Positions 17,847-28,825 of a stretch of 64,000 nt of DNA are shown piece by piece. The notes under the pieces were generated by a model. The model worked only from the letters and a program-made list of their open reading frames with translations, was not told where the DNA came from and did not search any database. Numbering within the stretch: position 1 is the stretch's first letter; each line of letters starts with the position of its first letter. Made by a program: the position numbers and the translations under genes. Location of the stretch: the NCBI GenBank assembly GCA_003280965.1, contig QCDI01000010.1, positions 13,581-77,580 on the forward strand, given 5' to 3'. This DNA is from Prochlorococcus sp. AG-355-B18 (GTDB lineage: Bacteria; Cyanobacteriota; Cyanobacteriia; PCC-6307; Cyanobiaceae).

Positions 17847-19756
17847 CTTAATAATTGAGGTGTTCTTTCTTTCTCAGGGATGGTAGTAAATTTAGAAAGA
17901 ATTTTTATGAATTCTTCACCATCTAATGTTTCTTTTTCTATTAGCAAGTCTACAATTTTATCCATGGCTTCTCTGTTTTTGCTAACTATCGAATAAGTTT
18001 CTTTATAACACTCCTTAACCATAACTCTCACACTTTCATCGATTTGCTTAGATATTGAATCGGAAACTTCACTTCTTGTCATCAAATCTCTACCAACAAA
18101 AACTTCTTGGTTTCCACCCTCTAAAGCTATTGGACCCAAATTACTCATTCCAAATCTAGTAACCATTTGACGAGCCATAGAAGCGACTTGTTGAAAGTCC
18201 CCACCAGCGCCAGTAGTGATTTCACCTTTGCCAAAAACAACATCTTCAGCAGCTCTTCCTCCTAATGCACCCATTATTCTTGCTTTTAGTTGAGCCCTGC
18301 TAACGAGAGTTTGTTCATCATCTGGAGTGAACCAAGTTAGTCCTTTAGCTTGACCTCTTGGAATTACTGTAACTTTTTGAACAGGATCATGAGCTTTCAC
18401 TAGTGAACCTATAAGAGCGTGACCAACTTCATGATAAGCAATTAATCTTTTGCTTCTACCATCTGTTAATGGGGAACCCTCCATTCCAGCGACAATCCTG
18501 TCTACAGAGTCATCTATTTCTGAAATACTTATTGAATCTTTCCTTCTTCTAGCAGTTAAGATAGCAGCTTCATTTAATAGATTTGCTAAATCTGCTCCAG
18601 TAAAACCTGGAGTTCTTCTTGCAATGCTTTCAAGGGTTAAATCGTCTTGTAGTTTCTTATTCCTCGCGTGGACTTCAAGAATTGATAACCTGCCTTTGAT
18701 GTCTGGTGCGTCTACGGTTACTTGTCTATCAAATCTACCTGGCCTCATTAAAGCCGAATCTAATACGTCAGGTCTGTTTGTAGCTGCAATAATTATTATT
18801 CCACTATTACCTTCAAACCCGTCCATCTCAGTAAGCAATTGATTTAGTGTTTGTTCTCTCTCATCATTTCCACCTCCAATACCAGCACCTCTTTGCCTTC
18901 CAACCGCATCAATTTCATCAATAAAAATTAAACAAGGACTATTTTCTTTAGCTCTTTTAAAGAGATCTCTAACCCTACTAGCACCAACACCAACAAACAT
19001 CTCAACAAATTCAGAACCTGACAATGAAAAGAAAGGGACACCTGCTTCACCCGCAATTGCTTTTGCTAAGAGAGTTTTACCTGTGCCAGGAGGCCCAACT
19101 AACAAAACACCCTTAGGTATCCTGGCTCCAACAGAAGTAAATTTTTCTGGTTTTTTCAGGAAAGTAACAACCTCTTGTAAATCTTGTTTGGCTTCGTTTA
19201 CACCCGCTACATCGTCGAAAACTACCCCTGTTTCAGCCTCCATTGCGAATCTTGCCTTTGTCTTACCGAATTGCATTGCTTGACCAGGGCCACCAGGCAT
19301 ACCATTTGATCTTCTGGCTAATAAAATTAAACCTCCAATTAAAATAGCTGGGAAAAGTAAATTACCCAAAATTCCTAATGCTGGTGGTGCTGTCTTTACA
19401 GGATGTACATCGAAACTAATTCCTTCATTTTTTAATTTATTTATAAGTTCTGGTGTTAAGCCTGGAAGGTCAACCCTTAGTCTTTGAACTTTATTATCTA
19501 AATCTGAATCAATGGTTTCTATAACTGCATTCCTGCCACCTTCAAAAATATCTACCGACGTAACTCTTCCCGAATTAATGTAATCTAAGAATCTACCGTA
19601 ACTAACTCTTGCTACCGCAGAATTTCTTGGTGCAATGGTTGTTCCATTTGATTTAAGTGAATCAACATTGCTAGAGGATAAAAATTGGTAGGAAAGCGCA
19701 ATTACTAAAAGTATAGGTAGAGCCCATAAAATTAATGTTTTAAATTTCTGATTCAT
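17843..19756 (-). CDS. ftsH: ATP-dependent zinc metalloprotease FtsH (FtsH2 type)
   Basis: [20 protein letters not shown] zinc motif and two TM helices. Confidence 0.97.
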   Translation of the reverse strand: MNQKFKTLILWALPILLVIALSYQFLSSSNVDSLKSNGTTIAPRNSAVARVSYGRFLDYINSGRVTSVDIFEGGRNAVIETIDSDLDNKVQRLRVDLPGLTPELINKLKNEGISFDVHPVKTAPPALGILGNLLFPAILIGGLILLARRSNGMPGGPGQAMQFGKTKARFAMEAETGVVFDDVAGVNEAKQDLQEVVTFLKKPEKFTSVGARIPKGVLLVGPPGTGKTLLAKAIAGEAGVPFFSLSGSEFVEMFVGVGASRVRDLFKRAKENSPCLIFIDEIDAVGRQRGAGIGGGNDEREQTLNQLLTEMDGFEGNSGIIIIAATNRPDVLDSALMRPGRFDRQVTVDAPDIKGRLSILEVHARNKKLQDDLTLESIARRTPGFTGADLANLLNEAAILTARRRKDSISISEIDDSVDRIVAGMEGSPLTDGRSKRLIAYHEVGHALIGSLVKAHDPVQKVTVIPRGQAKGLTWFTPDDEQTLVSRAQLKARIMGALGGRAAEDVVFGKGEITTGAGGDFQQVASMARQMVTRFGMSNLGPIALEGGNQEVFVGRDLMTRSEVSDSISKQIDESVRVMVKECYKETYSIVSKNREAMDKIVDLLIEKETLDGEEFIKILSKFTTIPEKERTPQLLS

Positions 19757-19864
19757 TAATTTGTTTTTTTATTAATTAAATTATTCTAGGATGAATCTAT
19801 GCATTTCGTTGATCTTTCTTTTAACTTTATGCTTATATTACTTTAGATTGTATTCAAATTATAA

Positions 19865-20074
19865 ATGAAATTTGAGATCAAAGATAAGGTTAAGTTGATT
19901 GCGCCAGTCTCCTACCTTAAGACTTCAGATAATATGCCAATGCTAAGACCACCTGATCTGGTGGCGATTGATGAAATTGGAGAAATCCTATCAATAAAAT
20001 CTTTAGATACTGTAGAAGTGAAGTTTAGGAGAGGTTGTTTTTTAATCGATATTGATAAGTTAGAGAAAATTTAA
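19865..20074 (+). CDS. sipA: SipA (NblS/Hik33-interacting regulator, DUF3148)
   Basis: YLKTSDNMPMLRPPDLV...VKFRRGCFLID matches the SipA pattern. Confidence 0.8.
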   Translation: MKFEIKDKVKLIAPVSYLKTSDNMPMLRPPDLVAIDEIGEILSIKSLDTVEVKFRRGCFLIDIDKLEKI

Positions 20075-20075
20075 C

Positions 20076-21293
20076 CTAAAATTTTTTATTCCATAAAGTA
20101 TTTATTTCTGAACAAATTTTTTCGTTACCAGAAATACTTAAATAAGGTTTCGAGAAATACTTATTAGTTAGTTTAAGAATATCTAACGAAGATATTTCAT
20201 CAATTTTTGAATTTAAATCATTTTCTTGGGTGGGTGATATTCCATAACTTATTAATTGTATTTTTCTTTGTAAAATCTCATCTAAAGACTGATTACCTAA
20301 AAGAAAAGAACCTTTTAATTTTTCTTTAGCCAAAAATATTTCAGAATCAATCAAAGGTTTTAAAAGAAGTTCTTTCCATAGCGATGATAAAAGTTCAAAA
20401 GCCAAGAGGGCATTTTTATTGGACACTGATAAATATACTAAAAATGGTGCATTCTCATTCCTAACTGGATAAAAAACACCTAAATCGTAAGTGATGCCAT
20501 TTTTTTCTCTAAAAAGTTTAAATAAAAAAGCGCTCATTCCATAAGATAAATATGATTCCAAAACTTTAAGTGGCAAATATTCACTACTTCTACGAGAACA
20601 AGTTTGGTTACCTATCATTATGATTGTTTGATTAGAATTATTATTTATACAATGAATTCTGTTAATAGGATAAATATCATGATTTTCAGGTCTTGAGTCT
20701 TCTTTTAGAATTTTTTTTTCTAATGTGTTTAATTCTTTCCCATTAATTTTTGAATCGTTAGAAATTATAAATTTTTCTCTATTTTGGAAACTTTTAAACT
20801 CGCATAATATATCTTCATGGGTAACTTTTAAGACATCATTTGAGTTACCAATTGTGTTGAAAGCATATGGATGGTCCGAGTAAACAATTTTTTTCCATTT
20901 TTCAAAACAAATATTGAATGGATTCTCTTTTTCTTTTTTTATGAAATCAATAGAGGATTTTTTTACTTTTTGAAATTCTATTTCGGAAAGAATAGGCTTA
21001 TTAATTATTAATTCAAGAAGAGGGAGTAATTTGCTGAAATGTTCATTTAGTGATTTAAGGCCTATTGAGATACCATCTTCATATACCTCATTATTTAATT
21101 CAGCTCCATAGGATTCGATATACTCCGAAAGACTATAATTATCAAAGCCCTCACATCCTCGGGTGAGTAATGAAGTAAGAATCTTATTTATGCCTTTTTT
21201 GCCAATACTATCCATATCGCTTCCACCTTTAATCCAAATAGAAGCAGTTGAAAAATTTCTTTTTTTATAATTAAGAAAATATCTTTTTAACAT
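20076..21293 (-). CDS. M16 (insulinase) family peptidase, non-catalytic subunit
   Basis: M16-like sequence lacking HxxEH; LFKLFREKNGITY motif. Confidence 0.85.
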   Translation of the reverse strand: MLKRYFLNYKKRNFSTASIWIKGGSDMDSIGKKGINKILTSLLTRGCEGFDNYSLSEYIESYGAELNNEVYEDGISIGLKSLNEHFSKLLPLLELIINKPILSEIEFQKVKKSSIDFIKKEKENPFNICFEKWKKIVYSDHPYAFNTIGNSNDVLKVTHEDILCEFKSFQNREKFIISNDSKINGKELNTLEKKILKEDSRPENHDIYPINRIHCINNNSNQTIIMIGNQTCSRRSSEYLPLKVLESYLSYGMSAFLFKLFREKNGITYDLGVFYPVRNENAPFLVYLSVSNKNALLAFELLSSLWKELLLKPLIDSEIFLAKEKLKGSFLLGNQSLDEILQRKIQLISYGISPTQENDLNSKIDEISSLDILKLTNKYFSKPYLSISGNEKICSEINTLWNKKF

Positions 21294-22552
21294 TTAGAAG
21301 GGGATGCAATTAAAGTGAATTTGTCTCCATTTATATATTCTGTTATCTTTTTGAAATTATCTAAATCATTCCAGTATTTTAAATGACTTTCAAGTTGATT
21401 TATTGAAGATTTCCTTCCCCAAAGAAGTTCATTTCCAAAGAATGAAGAAAGCTGTGTAGCTGTCTCTAAGTTAAAGACATAATTGCTTTTTACAATATTT
21501 ATGGCTTTTTTTATCTCATCCACAGTTAATATTTGGTGATTTGCTATTTCGTCTAAAGTTCCATTAATTTGTTTTTCTACTAATTCAATATCTTTGTTTT
21601 CACAATTGGCTTCCAAGATAAATAATCCGCCTAATTCACCAGCATTTACATCTACATAAACTGATTCAACAAGATTATTATCTTCTTTTAAAATTTTCAC
21701 TAACCTGCTGTTTCTACCTACAGATAATATTGACGCTAATATCTCTAATCCAATAATATTTTTCTGATCACTGAGGTTTGGGATGAACCATGCCATAAAT
21801 ATTCTTGAAAATTCCAAATTATCAAACTTAATTACCTCTCTACTATTCCTAATTTTTAAAAGATTACTATTTTTTTGATTTATTAAATTTGGATCAGTAG
21901 AAATTGGATTATTGTTTATGCCAGATAGATCACTTTTCTCAAAAATTTTATAAATATCTCCTGAGAGATTACCTGCAATTGCAATACAAATTCTTTCAGT
22001 GGTGTAGTGTTTGTTATGAAATTTCTCAAGGTCATTTATATCTAAGTTTTTAATACTATCTTCAGTTCCTAGAATCGAATTTGCATAATTCGGACTCAGC
22101 CAAACCCTTTTCAAAAAATAATTAAATAATCTTTCTTCAGGCTGATCATTTTGTTGTTTTATTTCGTCAATAACTACCCCTTTTTCTTTAACAAATTCAT
22201 CAGGATTAAAATTTGGAGAAACGACAATATTTGTCAAAAGAGCAAGTGATTCTCTAAAGTTAATTGGTGGAACAAGGACGTGGTAATGTACATCATCGTA
22301 ACCTGTTGAAGCGTTGCTTAATCCGCCAAGTGATTCAATTTTATAGTCAAATTCACCTGGCATTATTTTGTTAGATCCTTTAAAAATCATATGCTCTAGA
22401 AAATGAGCAGTGCCGTTTTTACCAACCTCCTCAAATGAAGAACCTGCTTTGCACCAAATATCAATGCTTATAAGCGGTAATTCTTTATTATCCACAAACA
22501 CACATTTAGTTTTGCTTGAATGGGTATAGTAGTTAACTTCTCCTACATTCAT
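21287..22552 (-). CDS. M16 (insulinase) family zinc peptidase, catalytic subunit
   Basis: GTAHFLEHMIFKG (HxxEH), NAST and a downstream EKGVVIDEI. Confidence 0.92.
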   Translation of the reverse strand: MNVGEVNYYTHSSKTKCVFVDNKELPLISIDIWCKAGSSFEEVGKNGTAHFLEHMIFKGSNKIMPGEFDYKIESLGGLSNASTGYDDVHYHVLVPPINFRESLALLTNIVVSPNFNPDEFVKEKGVVIDEIKQQNDQPEERLFNYFLKRVWLSPNYANSILGTEDSIKNLDINDLEKFHNKHYTTERICIAIAGNLSGDIYKIFEKSDLSGINNNPISTDPNLINQKNSNLLKIRNSREVIKFDNLEFSRIFMAWFIPNLSDQKNIIGLEILASILSVGRNSRLVKILKEDNNLVESVYVDVNAGELGGLFILEANCENKDIELVEKQINGTLDEIANHQILTVDEIKKAINIVKSNYVFNLETATQLSSFFGNELLWGRKSSINQLESHLKYWNDLDNFKKITEYINGDKFTLIASPSKC

Positions 22553-22569
22553 TTTAAACTTCTCTTTAA

Positions 22570-23318
<749 letters not shown>

Positions 23319-23319
<1 letters not shown>

Positions 23320-24233
23320 TGAAATTAAAAACATTTAACAATTTATTTATTTATCTATTAATATTTGCACCATTATCACTTGGGATGATTTCCTGTTCTG
23401 GCAATAATAAATCAAGTTCCAAATTAAACGAGGAAACAGCTGCAGATATTATTCCGCCTATTAGAGCTGTTGCCGCACTGGGTCAACTTTCTCCTTCGGG
23501 AGAGATTAGGCAATTGGCAGCTCCAATAAGTCAGTTTGGCTCGTCCCCTCGAATAACTGAACTTTTAGTAAATGAAGGCGATTTTGTGAAAAAGGGAGAT
23601 GTCCTTGCAATTTTTGAAAATAGAAAAAAATTAATCTCAGATCTTGATAGAAATAACAATTTAATTAAAACCATAGAAGATGAAATCTCATTAAAGCTAG
23701 ATCAAATTAAGAGGTATGAGTTGGCTTTGAGTAAAGATGTATATTCTTTTGTACAGTTGTCGCAGAGAAAAAACGAATTATTAAACTTACAAAAACAAAA
23801 AATAAATCATATCGGGGAGAAAAAAAATATCGAGATAGATCTGTTTAATTCAAAACTTCGTAGTCCAATCGACGGTTTTATACTTGAAATTAATACGAGA
23901 GTTGGTGAGAGGCCTAAAAATCAAGGCATCTTAGATATTGGTTCTAGCCAAAAAATGGAGGCTCTTATTGAGGTTTATGAATCAGATATTGACAGGGTCT
24001 TTATTTCTCAGAATGTTGAATTGAGTAGTGAGAATGGTGGTTTCAATACAATTTTGAAGGGCAAGGTAATAAGGATAAGCCCACAAGTAAAACAAAGAAA
24101 AGTTTTATCAACTGACCCAACTGGGGATGCTGATTCTCGTATTGTAGAGGTGCTCGTTAAGTTAGATAAAGAGTCTGTAGAAATTGTGCAAAATTACGCT
24201 GGGATGAAAGTGATTGCAAAATTTATTCCCTAA
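23319..24233 (+). CDS. devB: DevB-like membrane fusion (HlyD family) protein
   Basis: AVAALGQLSP, LLVNEGD lipoyl-like halves and DADSRIVEV; lies upstream of devC and devA. Confidence 0.85.
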
Positions 24234-25405
24234 TGAGTTTTTCTTTTTTAAAATTTAGAAAAATACCATTAGCTTGGTTGTTATTAACAAGGCAACCATT
24301 AAGGCTTGCAGTCGCCATAGCTGGAATAAGTTTTGCAGGGATTTTGATGTTTATGCAATTAGGTTTCAGAGATGGTTTATTTGACACGAGCGTAACTATT
24401 CATAAACTTTTAGATGCGGATCTTGTTTTGATAAGTCCTAGATCAAAAAGTTCTATAAGCATGAGTGGATTCCCAAAAAGAAGGCTTATACAAACTTTAG
24501 CAGTAGAAGATGTTGAAAAAACTGCTCCTGTTAATCTAAATTATTTACTTTGGAGAAATCCCGAAAATCTAAAAACTAGATCGATACTTGCATTAGGTTT
24601 TAATCCCTCCGATTCACTTCTTCTAGATGATGGATTCTCAAGGAAAGCTTATAAATTGAGAAATCCTTCGAGAGTTCTTTTTGATAAAATGTCTAGACCT
24701 GAATTTGGACCAATTGAAGAATGGTTTCTATCAGAAAAAAAAGTTGAGACTGAGGTTGCAGGGAAAAGAGTAATTGTTGAAGGCCTTGTAGAGTTGGGAC
24801 CATCTTTTGGTGCAGATGGTAATTTGATAACCAGCCGAGAAACCTTTCTAAGACTTTTTCCAGCGAATCCGCCTGGAAGTATAGAAATTGGTTTGGTAAA
24901 GCTAAAAAAAGGGTCTGATCCTGAATTGATTTCTAGAATATTAAATAACTCACTTCCAAATGATGTTCGAGTCCTCACAAAAAATGAATTCATAGAATTT
25001 GAGAAAAATTATTGGAAAAATAGTACCGCAATTGGTTTTATATTTAGTTTGGGAGCATTGATGGGTTTCGTTGTAGGGTGTGTGGTGGTTTATCAAATTC
25101 TTTATAGTGACGTTACAGACCACCTCCCTGAGTACGCTACTTTATTAGCAATGGGGTATAGACTTAAGTCCCTTTTCTTTGTCGTAGCTAGAGAAGGATT
25201 TTTGTTGGCATTGTTTGGTTATTTACCTGCTTATTTATCTGGTCAAGTACTTTACTCAGTCATAAGGAAATCCACTAAACTCCCAATAATAATGGATGCA
25301 GATAAAACGATTTTAATTTTCGTATTAGTTTTATTAATGTGTATGGGGTCAGCTGCTGTTGCGATGCGTAAATTAGTTGATGCTGATCCTGCCGAAATCT
25401 TTTAA
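24233..25405 (+). CDS. devC: DevC-family ABC exporter permease
   Basis: PLAWLLL, LMFMQLGF, YQILYSDV...EYATL, C-terminal DPAEIF. Confidence 0.92.
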   Translation: MSFSFLKFRKIPLAWLLLTRQPLRLAVAIAGISFAGILMFMQLGFRDGLFDTSVTIHKLLDADLVLISPRSKSSISMSGFPKRRLIQTLAVEDVEKTAPVNLNYLLWRNPENLKTRSILALGFNPSDSLLLDDGFSRKAYKLRNPSRVLFDKMSRPEFGPIEEWFLSEKKVETEVAGKRVIVEGLVELGPSFGADGNLITSRETFLRLFPANPPGSIEIGLVKLKKGSDPELISRILNNSLPNDVRVLTKNEFIEFEKNYWKNSTAIGFIFSLGALMGFVVGCVVVYQILYSDVTDHLPEYATLLAMGYRLKSLFFVVAREGFLLALFGYLPAYLSGQVLYSVIRKSTKLPIIMDADKTILIFVLVLLMCMGSAAVAMRKLVDADPAEIF

Positions 25406-25418
25406 TAATTAAAAATAA

Positions 25419-26147
25419 ATGGTTAAAGCCAATAAATTAAAAAACAATGTTCAAAACTTTAAAACTGTCTCAATAAATAATTTGAGTCATTTTTATGGAA
25501 AAAATGAGAATAAAAAACAAGTTCTTAATGACGTTAATTTAAATATTGATAAAGGAGAATTGGTTCTTTTAAAAGGACCTTCTGGATGCGGTAAAACGAC
25601 TCTTTTAACCTTAATTGGTGCCTTGAGAACATGTCAAAGTGGGGATTTAACTGTATTAAATAATCAGTTAAATGGAGCATCAAGGAAAACGCGTCAGATT
25701 CTTAGAAGAAGTATTGGAATGATTTTTCAAGGACATAATCTTCTGAGATGTTTAACAGCAGAACAAAATGTTCAGATGGGTGCAGATTTAATAAAAGGTT
25801 TAACATATTTGCAAAGACGCGAAATAGCAAGGAATTGGTTGTCAGCAGTAGGATTAGAAGATCATCATAAAAAGTTGCCAAATGACTTATCTGGCGGGCA
25901 GAAACAGAGAGTAGCAATTGCTCGAGCTTTATCTGCTAATCCCAAACTTTTATTAGCAGATGAGCCTACTTCTGCTTTAGATAGCGTCACAGGAAGAGAA
26001 ATAGTAACCCTCTTAAGAAAACTTGCAAAAGAGCAAAATTGTTCTGTACTTATGGTGACTCATGATCCAAGAATTTCTGATATGGCGGATAGGATATTAA
26101 ATATGGAGGATGGTAAAATATATAGTGCTCATAGTGAGCTAATATAA
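25419..26147 (+). CDS. devA: DevA-family ABC ATPase
   Basis: GPSGCGKTT, LSGGQKQR and DEPT motifs. Confidence 0.92.
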   Translation: MVKANKLKNNVQNFKTVSINNLSHFYGKNENKKQVLNDVNLNIDKGELVLLKGPSGCGKTTLLTLIGALRTCQSGDLTVLNNQLNGASRKTRQILRRSIGMIFQGHNLLRCLTAEQNVQMGADLIKGLTYLQRREIARNWLSAVGLEDHHKKLPNDLSGGQKQRVAIARALSANPKLLLADEPTSALDSVTGREIVTLLRKLAKEQNCSVLMVTHDPRISDMADRILNMEDGKIYSAHSELI

Positions 26148-26166
26148 TTAAAAACTTAAAAATTTC

Positions 26167-26316
26167 ATGTCTAAGAGAAGGAATCTAAAAAAAGAAAAGC
26201 AGGAACGTAATCGAGCGTATGCTAGAAAATTTAAAAAAAGGAAATTAAGAACTGATGGAAGACCTGAAGGTGGAAACGTTACAGGTACAGCAAATAATGG
26301 CGGTGCAGCTGATTAG
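26167..26316 (+). CDS. 49-aa highly basic microprotein
   Basis: Hand-translated MSKRRNLKKEKQERNRAYARKFKKRKLRTDGRPEGGNVTGTANNGGAAD; TATAAT at 26143-26148. Confidence 0.8.
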   Translation: MSKRRNLKKEKQERNRAYARKFKKRKLRTDGRPEGGNVTGTANNGGAAD

Positions 26317-26371
26317 GGAATATCTTTCATTTTTATCTTTTGAAATCAAATATATTATGCATTTTTAAGGC

Positions 26372-27289
26372 GTGAACATGAATGTAAGTATTGTTATACC
26401 GACTTACAATAGATTACCTATTTTAGAGAAGTGTCTTGTTGCGCTTGAGAATCAAAAATTAGATGTAAATATTAGCAATTATGAAGTAATAGTGGTCGAT
26501 GATGGATCCACTGATGGAACAAGCTCATGGATAAATAAAAATAAAGCTAATCTCCCACACGTGATTCTATTTCAGCAAGAACATGGAGGGCCTGCACTGG
26601 GAAGAAATCTTGGAGTAATTAAATCAAAATATGAAATTATTATATTTATTGATAGTGATCTTATTGTTTTAGATAATTTTATAAATTGCCACGTAGAAAA
26701 ATTACTTGCCTTTTGGAGAAAAAATGATAAAAAATGTTTTACTTATGGCTCTGTGATTAATACATCTAATTTTCTTAATCCCCAGAGTGAAATACATAAA
26801 ATAACGGACACTTCTTTTGCTTACTTCGCTACTGGTAATGTTGCGATATCAAAGGAATTGATTTTAAGGGTCGGCTTATTTGATACTTCTTTTAGTCTTT
26901 ATGGTTGGGAGGATTTAGAACTTGGAGAAAGATTAAAAAAAATTGGAACAAAATTAATTAAATGTCCAAATGCAGTTGGTTTTCATTGGCATCCACCATT
27001 TAATTGTGAACAAATAGATTCATTAATAGCTCAAGAAAAAGAAAGGGCAAAAATGGCTTTAGTGTTTTATAAGAAACATCCAAATTTAAGGGTTAGATTT
27101 ATGATTCAATTAACTCCTCTTCATAACTTACTTTGGCAAATTCTTTGCTTGGGAGGAGTAATCAGTATTGATAGAATCCTTCCTTTATTAAAATTTCTAG
27201 TAAGTATAAGAAAAAATAGACTTGCACTTGAGATACTTAGGATCCCTTTGAATATGACTTACATTAAGCAGTTAAATAAATCAAGATAA
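26372..27289 (+). CDS. Glycosyltransferase family 2
   Basis: SIVIPTYNR, VVDDGSTD, FIDSD and WEDLELG motifs. Confidence 0.92.
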   Translation: MNMNVSIVIPTYNRLPILEKCLVALENQKLDVNISNYEVIVVDDGSTDGTSSWINKNKANLPHVILFQQEHGGPALGRNLGVIKSKYEIIIFIDSDLIVLDNFINCHVEKLLAFWRKNDKKCFTYGSVINTSNFLNPQSEIHKITDTSFAYFATGNVAISKELILRVGLFDTSFSLYGWEDLELGERLKKIGTKLIKCPNAVGFHWHPPFNCEQIDSLIAQEKERAKMALVFYKKHPNLRVRFMIQLTPLHNLLWQILCLGGVISIDRILPLLKFLVSIRKNRLALEILRIPLNMTYIKQLNKSR

Positions 27290-27338
27290 AAAACTTTTAG
27301 AAATACACATCACTTGCTAGAATTGTTGAAATTAAATC

Positions 27339-27408
27339 CACACATCTGGCAGTTTCGGGTGATTTACTAAGATAAATTCCCCGTCAGATGGAGGCTAACC
27401 CGAAACCC
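27339..27408 (+). ncRNA. rpsB (S2) leader RNA, t44-like autoregulatory element
   Basis: CACAC start, stem CATCTGGC/GTCAGATG, GGAGGC, and GTTTCGGGT/ACCCGAAAC complementarity, directly before rpsB. Confidence 0.85.
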
Positions 27409-27417
27409 TTTTAAATT

Positions 27418-28122
27418 ATGGCTGTTGTATCACTATCTGAAATGATGGAAGCTGGTGCTCATTTTGGGCATCAAACTAGACGTTGGAATCCCAAGATGTC
27501 TAAGTATATATATTGCGCAAGGAATGGAGTGCATATTATTGATCTTGTGAAAACAGCATTGTGTATGAACAATGCTTATAAATGGGCAAGAAACGCAGCA
27601 AAAAGTGGTAAACGTTTCCTATTCGTGGGCACAAAAAAACAAGCATCAGATGTAGTAGCTCAGGAAGCTACTAGATGCGGAGCTGCATATGTTAATCAAA
27701 GATGGCTAGGAGGGATGTTGACTAACTGGACAACAATGAAAGCTAGGATTGAAAGATTAAAGGATCTAGAAAGAATGGAAAGTAGTGGTTCAATAGCAAT
27801 GAGGCCTAAAAAAGAAGCTGCAGTTTTGAGGAGAGAACTTGAAAGATTACAAAAATACTTAGGCGGACTTAAGGGCATGAGAAGATTACCAGACGTAGTT
27901 GTTTTAGTTGATCAGAGAAGAGAATCTAATGCTGTACTAGAAGCAAGGAAATTAGATATCTCATTGGTGTCTATGTTGGATACAAACTGCGATCCTGATT
28001 TATGTGAGGTTCCTATTCCATGCAACGATGATGCCGTTAGATCTGTGCAACTTATTTTGGGAAGACTTGCGGATGCTATAAATGAGGGCAGAAAGGGTTC
28101 TAATGCCGAAAGAAAAAATTAA
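27418..28122 (+). CDS. rpsB: 30S ribosomal protein S2
   Basis: [19 protein letters not shown] and RWLGGMLTN. Confidence 0.99.
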   Translation: MAVVSLSEMMEAGAHFGHQTRRWNPKMSKYIYCARNGVHIIDLVKTALCMNNAYKWARNAAKSGKRFLFVGTKKQASDVVAQEATRCGAAYVNQRWLGGMLTNWTTMKARIERLKDLERMESSGSIAMRPKKEAAVLRRELERLQKYLGGLKGMRRLPDVVVLVDQRRESNAVLEARKLDISLVSMLDTNCDPDLCEVPIPCNDDAVRSVQLILGRLADAINEGRKGSNAERKN

Positions 28123-28164
28123 ATTCCAATTTAAAACTTACTAATTACTATTTTATTAACTCAA

Positions 28165-28821
28165 ATGGGAAACATTACAGCAAAACTTGTAAAAGATCTT
28201 AGAGACAAGACAGGCGCAGGAATGATGGATTGCAAAAAAGCACTCAACGAAACTGACGGAAATGTTGATAAAGCTTTGGAATGGTTAAGAAAGAAAGGCA
28301 TAGCTAGTGCTGAAAAGAAATCAGGAAGAGTTGCGGCTGAAGGTTCAATTGGTAGTTATATACATACTGGATCAAGAGTAGGCGTTCTACTAGAGTTAAA
28401 TTGTGAAACTGATTTTGTTGCTAGAGGTGATATTTTTCAATCTCTGTTGAAGGATGTTTCAATGCAAGTAGCAGCTTGCCCAAATGTTGAGTATGTCTCA
28501 ATTGATGAAATACCACAAGATGTTGTGGAAAAAGAAAAGCAGATTGAAATGGGGAGAGATGATTTATCTGGAAAACCAGAACAAATTAAAGAAAAAATAG
28601 TTGAAGGGAGAATTGCTAAAAGACTTAATGAGTTGGTTTTGCTTTCACAACCTTATATTAAAGATAGTTCTCTTACTGTTGAAGATCTTGTTAAACAAGC
28701 TGCTGCAAAAATTGGTGAAAATATAAAAGTAAGACGCTTTACAAGATATACATTGGGTGAAGGTATCGAAAAAAATCAAATGGACTTCGCTGAAGAGGTC
28801 GCATCAATGCAATCAAACTAG
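28165..28821 (+). CDS. tsf: Elongation factor Ts
   Basis: [19 protein letters not shown] and NCETDFVAR. Confidence 0.99.
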   Translation: MGNITAKLVKDLRDKTGAGMMDCKKALNETDGNVDKALEWLRKKGIASAEKKSGRVAAEGSIGSYIHTGSRVGVLLELNCETDFVARGDIFQSLLKDVSMQVAACPNVEYVSIDEIPQDVVEKEKQIEMGRDDLSGKPEQIKEKIVEGRIAKRLNELVLLSQPYIKDSSLTVEDLVKQAAAKIGENIKVRRFTRYTLGEGIEKNQMDFAEEVASMQSN

Positions 28822-28825
28822 TCAC

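Noticed and set aside
19865..20074. Alternative call as an NDH-1 small subunit (NdhO/NdhS)
   Set aside because: The YLKT..MPMLRPP motif fits SipA/DUF3148 better.
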